Source: Tubiluchus corallicola | Lineage: Eukaryota; Animalia; Priapulida | Length of the DNA stretch: 64,000 nt | Direction: 5' to 3' | Assembly (NCBI GenBank): GCA_030141605.1 | Contig: JAQGDQ010000068.1 | Span: 248,001-312,000, forward strand | Shown: piece by piece, positions 15,251 through 30,800 of the stretch | Position numbering within the stretch: position 1 is the stretch's first letter | Layout: every line of letters starts with the position of its first letter | The notes under the pieces: model-generated | Database searches by the model: none | The model's input: only the letters and a program-made list of their open reading frames with translations | What the model was told of the DNA's origin: nothing | Position numbers and translations under genes: made by a program

Positions 15251-17871
15251 CTCTTTTAACTTTTTCAACTTCTCGTATTCATTTGACATACTGCCTGCGA
15301 AAAATCCATTTTGTTTTCTTTAAACTTCGCTTTTCAATTTACGCATTGTAATTTTGAAATTTCTTCTACTTCGGCTTTCTATAATTTCAAAAATCAACTA
15401 TGTCGTGCCAGTCACTATTTACGTTATAATGTTATCATCTTCAATGATGTTTTCTATGTTTTTCTAGTTTATTTATAACGTTATTAATGGATATAATGGT
15501 CAAAGAATATATTTGTGTGTTTCCTGCGTCTTGATAACATAATTAATGATGGGAGGATGCAGCGGAGGATTGGTGCGATTCATCAAGAAGAGAAATTTTA
15601 TCCAGGAGTGCCGTAGCTACAAGTTTAAATTCAACTGCCTAATTATTCTGAAGCCAACATTGGATACTTTGCGAAAAGGCTGGATAACGTTACAACATCT
15701 ACCAAGTGCTTGTGTCACGGGGTGGTATTTGCTACCAAGGCAAGTGTGCTTTGCTATCAAGTTTAACATAGTCATAATGTCGAGGATTTTGATTTCCTTT
15801 CTAAATTTAACCTTTTTCCCATTGAGAATGCATAATATGTGAGTGCAACGATTTAAAAATGAGTGCAACGATCATAAAAATGAGAAAGCTATGTCTCTAA
15901 AAAATTTCCGTATATTGTTAGGTCTACACTGTATATTGATTTGAAAGACAATATAACGGAAAAAGAAAATTCTTAATAATTTAATATGTTCGCCCTTGCC
16001 GGTAAAACGTCGACGTTTTCACTATTCCGGCCGCACAGTGTGCACCAAAAAATCTCACCGATTCTGATCTTTTTCGAACTTGTTTTTAACGAACTTGTTT
16101 CGAACCTGTAGGCAATGTTTTTAACCTACTTTCAAATCACTTATTACCGTTAAAATGACTGTTCCAAGTTTTTAAACTTTTCTTCGTTACCGCTAGAACA
16201 AATTCAATGTACAACGAGGCAGCATGTAGGTATACAAAATGTAAAAATAGTGTTTTCTTGTGCTTTTTCAAGTATCTGAGCGAATAATTTCAAGTAAGTG
16301 AATTGGCTGACTATCTAAAACAAAAATCACGCAATTTAACACTCAGCATGTTCCATTAGATGATATCATTATGTACGTAGTTTCTCAACGGATAAGTAAA
16401 TAAATGTTCACAAACTTGAATTGAAGAACGTCCGTATTAAAAGCAAGCACACGACAAGAAAAGAAGCTCGCAGTGCATGACGTTATATTTTCAAGTGACA
16501 AAAACCCGCTGTGCCCAAAATTATTATTTTGAAATGACAAAACTTTAACACAGTTACAAACTTAACAAGTGCGACTGCTAATGTTACTGTGACGATCATA
16601 AAACTGTTCAGCTGTAACAACCAATTACTCTTGGATTAAACAGCACAAACAACCTATTTGTTTAGCGAGTAGCACTTTAACCAAGCAAATGTGAAATGCA
16701 GGTTTTCGTTGCTACGTTGTGGATTTTATGGTAGTCTCTGTGAAAGTCTTCTAACAACATTTGTTCACATAACTATTAAACTACATCTGTCCTAGTATAA
16801 CCAAAACCCTAAACCAAACTTTCTCACGTAGGACCACCATACAGTACATCTCCAAAGCGCAGCGACTGCTAAAAAGTGACATATCGCTATTACATGTCTG
16901 GAGCAGTTTTTATTAACTGGAGTCGAAATTAAGTGGTAGTATGGAACTGAAAAAAACAGAAGCTAAATCACCGAGAAATGTTTCTTTTTATTTAGAAGGA
17001 CAATTAAAAAGGGCACTAGGAGGTAATTAATGAAAAGACAAATAATCATTGTCTAAAAATCATTTAGACCATAAAATGATCTAACGTTTTACCAAAATCG
17101 TCTGCAAAAGCTTGTCTTTTTCAGTTGGTATAAAAGAATTCATAGTTTTGTCTTCCTAGATTGTTTCTCACATAATATTTATTAAACAATAATCAGTCTA
17201 TTCATCATCTTTTTGGCTGAAACGCCACTATCTACTCATTCTGCTGTTACCTACCTTTAAGGCGTTACTACTGTTCTATCGTCCAGTGTCTACAATTTTA
17301 CGTAATTCGTACAATTACTACGTAACCGGTATTTGATGATCAAGATTATGGAAATAGTGCTGGCAAGTTACAGGCTTACAAGCGCCTGTGTCTAATTTTT
17401 GCTGGACTAGCTGAAGCGTTTAGTTATTTTTAGTGTAAACTCTCTATATTAGAATTCCGCCTACCCTTACATAAACTTAGAAATGACTGGCATTTCAGCA
17501 ATATTGGGACTCCTAAGGAACCACTGCAGCTTAGTGTTACAGGTAGATCTAATTTAGATCAAACCCACATTTCCTGTTAATGTTGCAGGTGCCTAGATGA
17601 TTTTCTTTCTAACGGATATTGAATACAAAGCTTCGGGCGGCAAGCGAGTTTCAGGCAGGTGATCTGATCCGCGTTCATTGAATTAGCGGACGTTCGATTC
17701 AAGGATTTCAAGCGCAAACAAGAGACCTAATGTTAGAGACTTATGAGACACTAAGAGAGAACAATGTCCAAACCAAGAAGAGCAGATGTGGCAGAGATCA
17801 GAGTCCACAGGAAAACTGAATAAGCTGACATGTAGGGGGAAGAAAACTGGATCATCAGTAAAATATTTATA

Positions 17872-17873
<2 letters not shown>

Positions 17874-17948
<75 letters not shown>

Positions 17949-17992
17949 ATAATAATAATAATAATAATATTGATATTAAAAATAATAATAAA
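17874..17992. repeat. (TAA)n microsatellite
   Basis: Directly visible. Confidence 0.97.
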
Positions 17993-20065
17993 ATTCTCTA
18001 TTGTATCAATTGAACGGTGCAGATTAAAAATACACATTCACAATATGTTATATAACCAGTTAAAAACATTTAACTGTTGTTAGCAATAGTGTTAATGAAC
18101 ATGACAAAAACAATGTAAGGGTCCTACATATAACTGTTAATGTATAAAACATTATATACAATACAATATATACACAATTACAGTTTACCGCTAAGTACAA
18201 ATTAAAAGTTTTAAGATTTTACAGTAGTTTACATAATTTGCATAACAACACATTGAAACATACTGTTAATGCGTTAGGACTGTTCGCGAAGTTTTTTTCT
18301 TTAGTGATATGAGCATATTTTTTAATTTTAGTGCACAAAGACTGCCTAGTTATAATTATATAGTTGTATAAGCAATAATTTATGTAGGGTGTTTTTTACA
18401 GGTCAATACGTTATCTTTTAGCTGTTTTTAAACTTTTTAGTAATGGTAGACATTTAACAAAATTATGTAATTCAGTTTATGTGCGTGGATATTAACAATT
18501 GAACTGCAAAATAGACCCAATGATTACACATTTTCTGAGACCAACAAATGCTTTCTATAATTTGCAAACTTTTCAGGCTTCTTGCCCCGTGCATTGAGGG
18601 TCAGCAAAACATTAGCCTAAGTAATAAATCGATGACAAGTAATTATTAAATTTTTAAGCCGAAAATAAGGAACAGTGAAAAAAGTTGGCACTTATCCTGC
18701 ACTTAAAACCGGGACATTTGGAATTATGAGACCAATGTTTGCCCACATGTTGAGCACCTTGTAATGAAATTCATAAGCTCAGTCCCAGTTTTATCACATT
18801 TTCTTCCCTTTGATCCATTCGTTTGAAAAATTTAATAAAATTATTGTGGATTCTTTGCATCGCTAAATCAGATTGACTGCTAATAAATAAACAACGTAAT
18901 TCTTTCCTTATTACCTTGCCTTAAATCTAGCTTATTTTCTCTCTAACGATGAACTAATCGCTTCAGTAATAATGAATAACATGATCTGCCAGTAGGCTGA
19001 CAGGCAGACTAACCGAAAGTCCAGTCGAGAATCAAAGGGTCGTGCGTACATAGGGCGATCCTTACTACTTCTGCCATTCAAAAGCTGGTTAAGTCTGCTT
19101 TGAACACTTATTCTCTATTAGAAACTAAGCGAATTCACAGTTAAATGCACAATTACCATAAGATGTTTATTTACATGAAACTGATAAAAGGAGGGCTAAA
19201 GTTAGAATGTTTTTGAGTGGCTATTTACGTTAATATGTGAATGAACTTTTAAATGCCAGCTGTTTCACCGAGTTTTTGCAAACGAACGTTAATATGAAAA
19301 GTTAATCAAAGAGTTTACGCGAAGATAACCTCGTTCTCAAACAAAAATCCAGTCGAGAAATTTATAACCTTGCTTGTTAGATCACTATAATTACGTAAAA
19401 TCCATTGTAATATTATAAATATGTTATGTCATACTTCCAAATGAATTGAACTTCGGCAGCTGTCCTAGCCAGCAAGGACGAGCAGTTTGGTGTTGAATTA
19501 CTGTCGAAAGAACAAACATAGCAAAGTTAATTGTTTTACTAGACATTGCTTTATAAGTTATACTCAGGAAATAATGCTAATATTCAAAAATGCTAGCAAA
19601 ACTATAATTATACTTTTTGTTGTTATGCTACCATTAATTACGTAAAAATGCGATACTTCAAAGCTGCAAAACAGCTTCCTCTATTTTCAATAACTGACAA
19701 AAAATACACGCGTTTCAGGTACTGCATTAACAAAAAGTCAATTCAACAGCTGTTAATTTAATTAATAAACTACTAAATGTGCACTCTTGTACATCAAGTC
19801 TTTTATTCAGCTGAGTCTGAAAACTGAAGAACCTCTCAATCATATTAAACTACATGTTACGCATGGCAAATTTAATCTTAATTCTCACCGCTCAAGTAAA
19901 GGTAAAAAGAGAGAGCAGTCTAGGCAGCTCAGAAAAAGTATTCGCGGCTTAATGAAACCACGCACAAAATTGTGCTGTAGCAGCTACCACACTTCTGATT
20001 ATCTGAATGCATGTCTACAAAAAGTGTTCCTAAAAACATGCTATGCGTACATACTTAGGCCATGA

Positions 20066-20148
20066 AAGCAGCCTCTTGCAATGCGCCCCTCTTTCTGTCT
20101 CAAAACAGCCTCTTGCAATACGCCCCCTCTTTCTGTCTCAAAACCTCT
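20066..20148. repeat. Two-copy tandem duplication of a ~37-bp unit
   Basis: CAGCCTCTTGCAATRCGCCCCTCTTTCTGTCTCAAAA occurs twice in tandem. Confidence 0.9.
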
Positions 20149-21639
20149 TCAAAGTTTTTCTTGTTCTGATTTCATATGGCTACAAATCAAATATGGCATA
20201 GAAACTATCAAGGTTATATGTAGTACACCTTGCCCCAATTATAGTTCACGGTATTTGCGTGAAAATAAAGTTTATTTTTGTCGTAATTTTACAAGTTGCT
20301 TATCTGTTTTGTAATTGTCTGTCACCCTTTCTGGTCAAGAGTTATTTATGTACGCTAAACGTATTGCGAAAACTGCAGCTTTGTAACAGGAAACACAATG
20401 TAAGGAGAAAAATTAACAATTCGAAGTAAACAAAACGCAGACACGAACACCTGTAATCAAGCTACATTATGAGAACAATCAACTGCAATTAACATTTTAT
20501 ATATATTTCGCGAGAATGACACCAAAGACACAGAAAGAGCACAGTGTGGAAAGAATATGGCGACATGCACATGTCGTGCTCAAAGTTTAAGGAGTTAAGG
20601 AGTAAATTAAATTCTAACATTAAAGAATCTAACGTATAATATCTTAATGCCAATACAGTGCAACTAAATTAATAAGAAGTAATTACATAAGATGAAAGTT
20701 GCGGATTCAAAACATCTGCACTCTCCAAAAATCTTGGATAGATGTCACTGTGAATTAGCATTGAGGCACTTCCCTGACTTAAATCAAAAGGGATCAATGC
20801 CTTTTTCTGTACTAACCACGTGTGTATTACTCGACTCTATCGTACTCTTCCTCACAGAAAGTAATTTGTCTGTAAAGGATCTACTTATGACGTTCAGAAA
20901 ACAAACGCCTATGACGTTTATCCGACTTCGTGTATAAGATTATGGCTATTTATGAGAGCAGATGGTTCTAGACTAACAGCTGCTTGCACCATGGACGATC
21001 AGAGAAAGTAGCCCGGGTACACATACTTGGTGTCATCAATGACTAATGATTTATCTTTTGTCGGTGGTACAGGGGCAGGCAACCCAGATATAAGGCTGTA
21101 GACCTCGCGTAAAGCACTTTCAAGATTGTTTTTCTTGGGTAGCTTTGCTGCTGCGTGTAATTTTGTCTAGACTGTGGTGTTTAGGCGCCAGGTATAAGTT
21201 TCTGTCAAATTTTTGATTCTTGCCCAGCAGTGTAGGGAAGTAATAGCAGTATCTTATTTCAATAATGCAGCCTACGCAGTTGCTAAAGAACAGGTTGTTA
21301 GCCAGAAGTTTTTGCGCCTCAAACTATGAAATTCTGATGTATCTTTATTTCACAGTCCTACCATTTTTATCAGCCTACAGTTAAGAGATGCTAGAATGGA
21401 CCAATCAACTTAACTGAGGTGAAATAAACTGGTGAGAATAAGAGGCAATGAAATATGCGAGAGGTCGCGAGTACTTATTGCTCTGGAAGAGGTAACTGTA
21501 AATTAGACAGAACCCGTGAGCTAGATTTAGTGTCTCCTCGGAATGAATAGATTTTAGTATTACTGTATAAATCGGTGAAAAATAAACTTGAGCTTGACGG
21601 CACTTCAACGTCATATTCAAAATCGAGATAATACAATCA

Positions 21640-21671
21640 TATATGTATATATATAAATATGATTTAATGTA

Positions 21672-21713
<42 letters not shown>

Positions 21714-21723
21714 CGATTTAATG

Positions 21724-21780
<57 letters not shown>

Positions 21781-21787
21781 TCTAGAT

Positions 21788-21818
<31 letters not shown>

Positions 21819-21842
21819 GAATATAGTCTAGAATATATATAT
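21640..21842. repeat. Duplicated compound microsatellite GATTTAATGTA(TC)n(TA)n plus imperfect AT-rich inverted repeat
   Basis: Two copies starting ~21661 and ~21715; TATTCTAGA...TCTAGAATA flanks the last (TA)n. Confidence 0.85.
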
Positions 21843-24800
21843 TCGAGTAGAGAGGAAACATTTTGAGCCTTCGACACGTAAGGTGCTACGAAGTGATTAA
21901 AATTGTCAGAGTACATGAGCAAAATAATTTCCAGTTTTTTTAATGAGCTGGAGGTTTATGATTTGTTGCATAGCCAGCAGGGGTCACCAAGTCCCTTTAA
22001 ATCAGACGCCCTCTAGTAGTTTCTAAAAAATTAGCAACGTTGTAGATAAACGATTTCAACCGTATTAAATTTGAAGTTTCAGTTGTGAGTAGCAATCCTA
22101 TTCCTCAGGGGCTTGAATACTATACATGGCATTCAACCATTCAAGATATTTTCTCACTAAGTAAATACCGCCGAGCTAAAACAAAATTGCTTAGAACTGC
22201 AGTTGAACATCAGAAATCTTCTGTTTGCCTGGAGCCACAGAATTGTACAACCGCACTTACCACGATGATGAGACCGCCATTATCGAGTCTGAGGAATTTC
22301 CTTTCTGACAACACGCCAAAAACCACATTCACACAAAAGCTTTGAACACACAACTGGAACATAATATGTACATAGAACTGTAAAATACAGAACGGGGAGG
22401 AAGAGAAATGTTTGTCTGCTAGAATCAGAAAGAACGGTATGCAAAACTGAGAAGATTACAAACAGCCTGGAAAACATGAATAAAAAAAGAGAAACTGGAC
22501 TAAAGGAGTTCAGCATAAAAACGTGACATTTTTTCTAAACGTCTACCAGAAACACAGTGTTTGGCGAATAAAAACGATTTCTGCAAGCTATCAAATTTAT
22601 TTATAGTGAAAAGATTTACTAAAACATGACTTCATGTCGTTGAAGTCTTAGACTTTCAGCGAAATTTAGCAAAAAAAGTGTCCTAGCAGTAACGAAGGCG
22701 TGGCGGTTTTAAATACAATTCCTAACAGCTTGTATAGTTTTACTGAATTACAGCAATTAATAACGAGGCACCAGTAACAGTATGGATTTTATATGAAAAC
22801 CGCCCAGGTAGAAATCGGCCACTAAACTATTAACTGATAACAAAAACGGCGTTCGTCCACAGCTAGGTGGCTCTTGCTGCAGCTGCTGAGCTGTTCCATT
22901 ATGTACCGGGGATGATCACCAGGCGCGCAGTAAACAATAACGTAGAATATTTTCGTGTTACTAACTAAGTTTAAATTAACTTATCCACATCACATCAGAA
23001 ACATTCATCAATTATTAATCCCAGCATGACCCAGCATAATCTGTAAAGTCAACTAAGAAAAACCACATTAGTTAAAAAGCAGAATGTAATTAAAAACCGC
23101 AGTACTTAGTTAAAGTTACCTTGAAGTACAATTAAGTTAAAGCCAGCGTAATTAAAATCACACTGAAGTAGAATTAGAACAGTATTAAATTAAATTAAAG
23201 TAAACTCAAATTGGAGCAAAATTACAGGTGTCAAACTACCCTAATGAATGTTTCGGTTGCCTAACGCAGCACGACGCTAACCTGTTTGATACCCAGTCTG
23301 AATAGGGCAAGCCTGTTCTGAAGTCGCTTTGCCATGATTGTTGTTAACTAGATGTTACATATTTTCACACAACAGCGAACAACAGGTCTTGGTGCGGTTT
23401 TACGTAAAAGGGTTTCATGTAAAACCCATATGTATCTCAGTAGGAGAGACCTGATGATTATAAAGCATTACCAAATCATAGCTGTAGCCAACAAATAGAA
23501 GTGTTTTTCATTTTTTGCAGGAACTGCTTGACTAGCTGTATGGATTTTTACTGATGAGAGTGATGTGACAGTTGTCTGGGCAAGGTGTTAAGGCTACGTA
23601 TTCTTGGTGAAAGGGCACAAGTGTCTGTGCAGAAATTTCTTGCATAACAATGTCGAAATAATGTGTTCTGGGTTATTTATTCTCGCTAAAATACCCGACA
23701 CAGTCACGGATGAGAGACTGCTTTGAATGATGCCAATTTTTTATACATATGACATAGTCAACCGACAGCCAGCTCGTGAAAATCATTTTTCTGGCCAAGT
23801 AAATCTGGCAATAAAGCTCTATTAAAGAGTGTCAGTTTTGAGTGTCACTTGTAACTAACGGGAAATGTAAAAGTTTCTACAGACACAGTTAAATGACAGT
23901 TTCATCCATTTTGTCAAGGAAAATACACACGTCAACCGAGCTTAGCCGAGTGTCATAATGACGAGTGACAGTCTTAACTGTGAAACTATCAATGACTTAA
24001 CTGTGAAACTGTCAATCACATAAGGGTTAGGAAGACCTAATAGTGTGCAAAACGAGTTGCTGGAAGGCAGTGATAAGCGGCAGCTTTCAGTACCGTTCGC
24101 TCTGACAGTCTGCACGTAGATTTAGTCAAATCTGCATGCAAATGTTTACAGAATGACAGTGATGACTAGCAAGTCACAGCTTCAAATGCCATTCACTTTG
24201 GATAAGAATACCGACAGTTTATATGACATAAACATAGAAAGCAAGCACATGTATATTATTTTGCTGACAGAATAAATATTGGAAAATTTGATATTTAAGT
24301 GATGCTGAACATGCTTTTGAAACATCCAGGATGCTTCACTGGACATTTGTGAAAGCGTATTATGACTTTGTTCCACTCTGTATACGTCATTATTTCAAAT
24401 TTCTACAGCAACTAGTCCCGTATATTGAATGTCTCAAAAAATGCCGTCCAATTTAATGTCAAAAAGGGATTACGAAATCTGTTTTTCTTTTATTAGGCAG
24501 TGAATGATGCCCGTAGGCTGAAGATTCCTTTACTTTGACATTCTTCGTCTAGGTATTGCATCTATTCATGAGATCTTTTGCAGCAACCCACTTTAGCGCT
24601 AGGTTTGAGTAAATCATTGAAAAACTCTGCTTCAGTACGAATATACTAGCTGTGAACTGCTGGATTAAGCATTGATAATCACAGTTTTGCGGGGGTTTGT
24701 CTTAGCAACTTTTTCGTCTTGTGTGTTTCTTCTTCTTTATGTAATTACATGCACAATCGTAATCGTGAAAACTATAAATGTATTCTACTTTTATTATTTA

Positions 24801-27800
24801 AAGTTTGGTTGCCACAGCAATTTTTTATTACATAGATAGGATACACTGAGGTTGTGCCTTTTTTTATTTGAATTATGCTGACAGTGATGACTGACGAATG
24901 ACAGCTCCAAGCGTAAATTACATTGTGTGAGAATACCTGACAGTCTGAACGCACCCTAAACCAAACAAAACATGAAACTAATAATCAGTATTAAAGCTTG
25001 ATACATATTCAGCTCTTGTGCGCCATAATCAGGAAAGGAGATTGCCACTGCCAGTCAGTTTTAATATAGATTTTCCCAAGAGCCTGATGGAAAGGGCTTC
25101 ATATGCAAATTTGCATGTGACCTATCAGTCAGTTGCTCGTTAGTCTTGGCGATGGGTGCACGTCACAAATATCGTGCCGAAAATTGAAGATTCGTTATAA
25201 GAATGTAAACAAACTGCATGGATAATCTAATCGACAAAATCTAATGTGCCTGGACCACGCCAAAGTTATTTTCTGATTCCAAGCTGGACCGTCATTACAC
25301 TAGCCATCATTAGTGCCACTGCGCAAATGTGAAGACAACATTTCTCTAAGGTGCCTCAGAGTTAGAGACGGAGTCACGTACCTAAACTTTTGTCACGTAC
25401 AAGTGCAACTGGGGAAAAAACAAGAAAAACAGAAAAAACAAGAAAAACAGAAAAAACAAGCGAAAACAAGAAAAAATATGAAAGTCATATAGATAAATAC
25501 ATCAATAAGTTAAGAACATACACCATTTAAGCTGAAAGCTTTCGAACACTCCTTGGATCTAAGTTTGGTTATTCGATTATACTGCATTTTATATGCTGAC
25601 AGGGCAGAGCTGCTTACTCTTCAAAGAAGAACTTTGTAGTGTTTCCCAGGAGTGGACCTGGTGGTTGATGCAAGCTTCCTGTTTTTTCCATCTGGTGTTA
25701 CATTTCGTATTGTTATGTCCCTGGTCGGTATATTAATGTCGCCAACTGTTGGATTTTGCCAGAAAGCGATGCAGTTGTTTTGGGAACGAAACTCTCCGTG
25801 ATTCTAAAACCGCCATGACGCGGCTCAGTTACTGCCGGAATGTTTAGAAGAGAAAAATGAAAACAAAACGTATTCTTTGGCTTCGTTTTACACGGACAGC
25901 TGCATGAGTCCGGGTCAGACTCGGCCTGAGAACGAAAACACCCCAGTTACACATTCGTGTGACGTCAACAAAAACACTGCATTCTACAATGTAGTGTTGG
26001 TGCACTACTATAGTGGCTAACAGCAATTGCATATTGTGTTCAATAGTAGCCTTTAGAGTCATATTTCTCCCTAGGCGAACCCTGGTTGCCTCAGATATGT
26101 CCCCAAAATAAATCCTATTCCGATAACTTTTTCACCGTTGTACTTTACAGTGATTACACGGACCGGTTCTAGATAGTTTGAGACACGCAGAGGTATTTTT
26201 AACGCCCTCTTCTCAACTGCTAACCCCTTTCCCCATGGCTCCAACCATATCCCCAAATTTTTTTGCATATTATCTTAAAAAGTAATGGTACCTGTGTGGT
26301 AGGCTTATACATGTATACTTCACTAATTAAATGAACAGCTGCACTCTCTGTAGAGTTGATTGTATTTGAATTTGTGACCCTGTTGTCCGTCCTGAACCAC
26401 TCAAAATTTCTGCCATTTCTACTACTCTTGGCTAGGTCTCCCTCGACTTTTTCACCAAAGATTTATTGACATTCTCGCTGCTTTTTTTCACGTATACATC
26501 TATTTCACTAGGTTCATCATCTTCATAACTCTGGTCTGGTTGCACATACTTCATTAGAGATATCTTTAGAGGTATTTCATATTGTTTCATTTAATTAATG
26601 TTGCGCACTTAAGCAGCAATTGCATGTACATTATATTATTAGGTATTCTAAGCATAAAAATTAAAAAAATACTTCCAGAATTTGGCCACCCCGAAAGGTT
26701 TACCTAGTGGTAGAGCCGGCTCTGCAATTATTGAAAAAAACTATAAAACAAAATTTCAGCAACAGATTGATCTTTGGGAATCTTAGTAATAAAAAACGTC
26801 AAATACAAAACGACTTTATAAAACATAATGCGTATTATTAAAAACAAAGCTACAGTGCGTTTTACACACCTGTATGGCGCCATCCTCATTTGTTTAATCC
26901 TCGAGTGTTTAAAATGTGTAGTTGACAAAACCAGAAAGCAATCACACATGTTCATATCAGAAATCAATCACAGCCTCATATTTTGCTGTGCCAAATCCTG
27001 TAACCTCTAATTACTTCTTCATAATGGCTGTGACAGTTTAACCATGAAACTACTTTCTGGTTTTGCTAAATGCACATCTTGAGCACTTCAAACTTAGGAT
27101 GACACCAGACAGGTGTTGAAGCGTTTTGTGGCTTTGTTTTTAATAATATTTTAAGCAATCGTTGCGCCTTTGAAATTTTCATCTAACTGAATTCCTTTTT
27201 TACTGAAGTCAAATAAAAAAAGAAGTCCTTATTTCATTTTTAAATCTAAAAACTTGTATTTGATTTAATGCCAATCTTTTTTGCGATAGTCCTCAAATGC
27301 GTACACCAGAACAATCCTAAAACATGTACACGCACGCTTCCAAACCTCAGTAACTAAATAGCATCAGATGGAATTTGGTCTGAGGCAAAAGTTCTTTTAT
27401 GAACAGTTAATTCGTGGTCTCTTTTATAGTTGTGTTTATAAGTACTTCTGGTGTACAGACAGAGCCGAAATTAGATGAAGAGAGGCCCTAGGCTATTCAA
27501 CTTGTGAGGCATCTACCCAATCCGACGGGGCTCCGCTCGCCCCAGACTCTCTAGACAAGTTTGACAGAAAGATGAAAGTGTTTTTTAACAAAATTTAAGC
27601 CGATGGTAATGAATGTTTAATAAAATAACGCAATTCACAATTCTTTCTAATCAGATGATATTGCTAAATGCTGCCAGTGAATGGAAAACGTCAAAATGAC
27701 ACTGTAAACATTTTTTTTGCAAAAAATGAACTTCGCGTATATTGTCACGCAGAAATTAGCAGAAAAAATGAAATTGCATGTCTATCTTAACATTCCTTAA

Positions 27801-30800
27801 AGCCCTTGAGCTTACAAATTTTATTACCAGGAAAAGTTACTAATGATGATCGGGTGATAACAGCAATCTTCGGGTGATATAGATCAGCTATAGATCACCT
27901 ATTGATCAGTATTCGAAATGATTGTCAGCGTGGAAGCTACTAGCTGTCAAGATGAAATATTCAGGTTTTTTCACCACTGCAAAATTAACCTTGAATAGTT
28001 ATCAGAAAGAAAAACATAAAGCATTCCTAGGTTCCCGACTTACAGAAAGGTAAAGAAAATTACTGAAGGAAAATATTTTCGAAACTTATGAGTATGTCAA
28101 GACTCAACAGGCCCTCTAGACTGAGGCCCTGCTTTCAGGCTTTCTATATATATACATATATATATATCTATATATATATAGGTAAATCCAGCCCTGCGCG
28201 GGCGTACAGAGCATACACTCTCCCAAATTGAAATTCTTCTTGCAGAGACTGAGAAACAGAAGAATTCCAAATAGGCGATCCTGGTAAGCAATTGGAGAGG
28301 ACTCCCCAATTCCTCACTGGGGCTAAGTGTCTTCCCTTTAGATGTGAAATTCCTCCCCTGAATGTCAAGCGCCTCCTGTCTTCAATCACGAATCACAACT
28401 TTCATATTTTCAGATCAAGTTTGGAAGACGGAAGCTGAGCTGCTAAAGCGAACCCTTTCATCTGGAAAGACATTAAAGGTTGGGCCGTTTGCTAGGCCAG
28501 AGTCAATTTATTATGTAGATATATAATATATTAGGTATGTAATACATACCTATACATATATATATAGCTAGTTTATGTGTTGTCAGGTTGACATTTTAGT
28601 CTGAATGACTTTTCGGCCCTTGTTCATAGTGTAATCACCTTATAGATAATCAGAAAGAATACCAAAGCAGAAACTAATATTCTATCAACGATATAACTAC
28701 AACAAAGTGAAATGTTCTTTATATAATTAACATGAAACAAACTGGTTTTCCGCTATGCTTATGTGGGGTCCTGCACAGGTTTATAACAATTTACACTTAG
28801 CGTGTCAACGTTGAAAACCGCACCAACCTTGGGCTATGAACCACAGGAAGAGCCATGGATTACTGCAACAAGTCGTTTTGAAACAAAACCTAATGTATGA
28901 AAATCTACACTTTGTATTGCCAGAATGTAACGTTTATTACGGGTACAAGCAGCTACAACATATAAAGATGACAACTTCATTATTTTGTCATTGGGAACAC
29001 CAAGAAAGAAATATGGGGCCCATCTTGGCCGACTACGGACAAGCCATACACAACAGGTCATTTACCTGTACGCAGACAGGACAACACTGTATTTAAATCC
29101 GACCAAAAGCTACGATAAATCTGTTTCACTACTTTTTCCCATTCCAAGTGATTGCAACAAAATGCATATTACGCTCAACCCATCGCTCAAACAAAATTTA
29201 AATAATTGCGGTTCCGACTTCAGCTAAAATGGTTTTAAAATCACGAATATACTGCATATACCTTGCAGTTGGTGATATAGCCGAGCTGTTATTTGTGCAC
29301 GAAACACTTGTAATGGCGAATCTTTAATATACTTTCACCACAACTGTTAATACGTTGACGTTGTTATTTTTGCTTATAAAAACCACAAATTTAGCTACCC
29401 ATTGTTTATTTCATATAAGTTAAACCGAAGATCAAATTACGCTACAGTAAAGCTGCTTTAATTATATAGGTCACATTTCAGCTTATCGAATGAAAAAAAC
29501 TTTCTTATAGCTTTATAATTTTCATTTCTTTAGTGATGAACGAAACAGCACATCCCAACTAGACAAAATTGAAGAAAACGCTGATAGACACAGCACTTCA
29601 TATGCAAATATACCCGGATAGAAGTGTAGCATTGCTAAACATTATTTTCGTTTGTACGAAAACTTGCGCGTATGTATAACCTAACTACTTTTCAAGGTAC
29701 TGGGTACTACTGTACTTTTGTTTTTTCTTCTCTCTGTTTTTTGCACACGCTGAAAAAGTTTGTTTCGTTCACTGCTTCTACACTAAACTAGTTTATCCCA
29801 CGTAGCTAGCACTTCTGGAGTGAAAAAACCGTGCGAAACACACAAACGTAAGAAAAAGATGGAGCTTATTTTAAGCTGCCGCCTAGACAGGGCGTCTTAT
29901 ACAAATAAAGCTAGAATTAGGAGCAGAACAAAATCACAATTATGATGGAAATCCAGACGAAAGCAGCGCTTTGAGCTGTATAGAAATTTCAAAATCAAGT
30001 AAGGCTATTATTCAAACAAATCAATCGAAACTTTTAAAAGGGTTTTCCCAGAAAAAAATTCAGAACGGAAAGCTACAGCTTTGAAAGGAAAATAATTTTT
30101 GAGATTTGTGGGAAAGGTATTAGCGATGAAAAACACAAACAGTAGTAGTCATTGGATTTCACATGGATAATCAATAATCAATTCAAAGAATAATATCGCA
30201 ATATAATATAATTTAGAACATTTTACACAGACTGTTTTAGGGCGTCAGAAGGATTCGCTTCATTATCATTCTCGGACAGACAAAAAAGCGTTTTTTAAAC
30301 ATCCACAATACATCATTAATGTGAGAATTACTGGTCTGGTTATAAATTACTCCAATTAGTCACTCATCAGCTGACAATTGCCTATACGCACACATAATCA
30401 GCATCACTGAAGAGTATGACTACCACCAGAACAAGAGACTATGATTAGAGGAAGGAGAGAAGTCCTTCATGAGGGTTACAAAAAATCGTAGTTAAGAAGT
30501 CGATTTTTGTTTTTCAAAATTAATGTGCTTATAATTTAGGTAGTATGCTGCTTACTGATAACTTTCAATTTCGTATTGAATTTTGAATTGCTTGGTCGGG
30601 TCTGTGAAATGCAAAAAGATAACAATAGCAGGATATTAAAGGTTCTTTTATCAAAGTTGGCAGTACTGATTATTAATTCACGAAGAATCGCAAAATAAGA
30701 CAATTTTCACAAATCTTGTTCCAATGGTTTAAAAACTGTGTTATATTCTAAGGTGGGTTAAAAAGCGAGAGATTAAATAAATAATGCATTGTACTGGACC

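Noticed and set aside
16034-16056. CACAGTG...CAAAAAATC as an RSS/Transib terminus
   Set aside because: Spacer is not 12 or 23 nt, and no matching opposite end or transposase was found.
28800-29230. Overlapping short ORFs with an LGRLRTSHT motif as a gene or LINE end
   Set aside because: Single weak motif, no zinc knuckle, tail or splice support.
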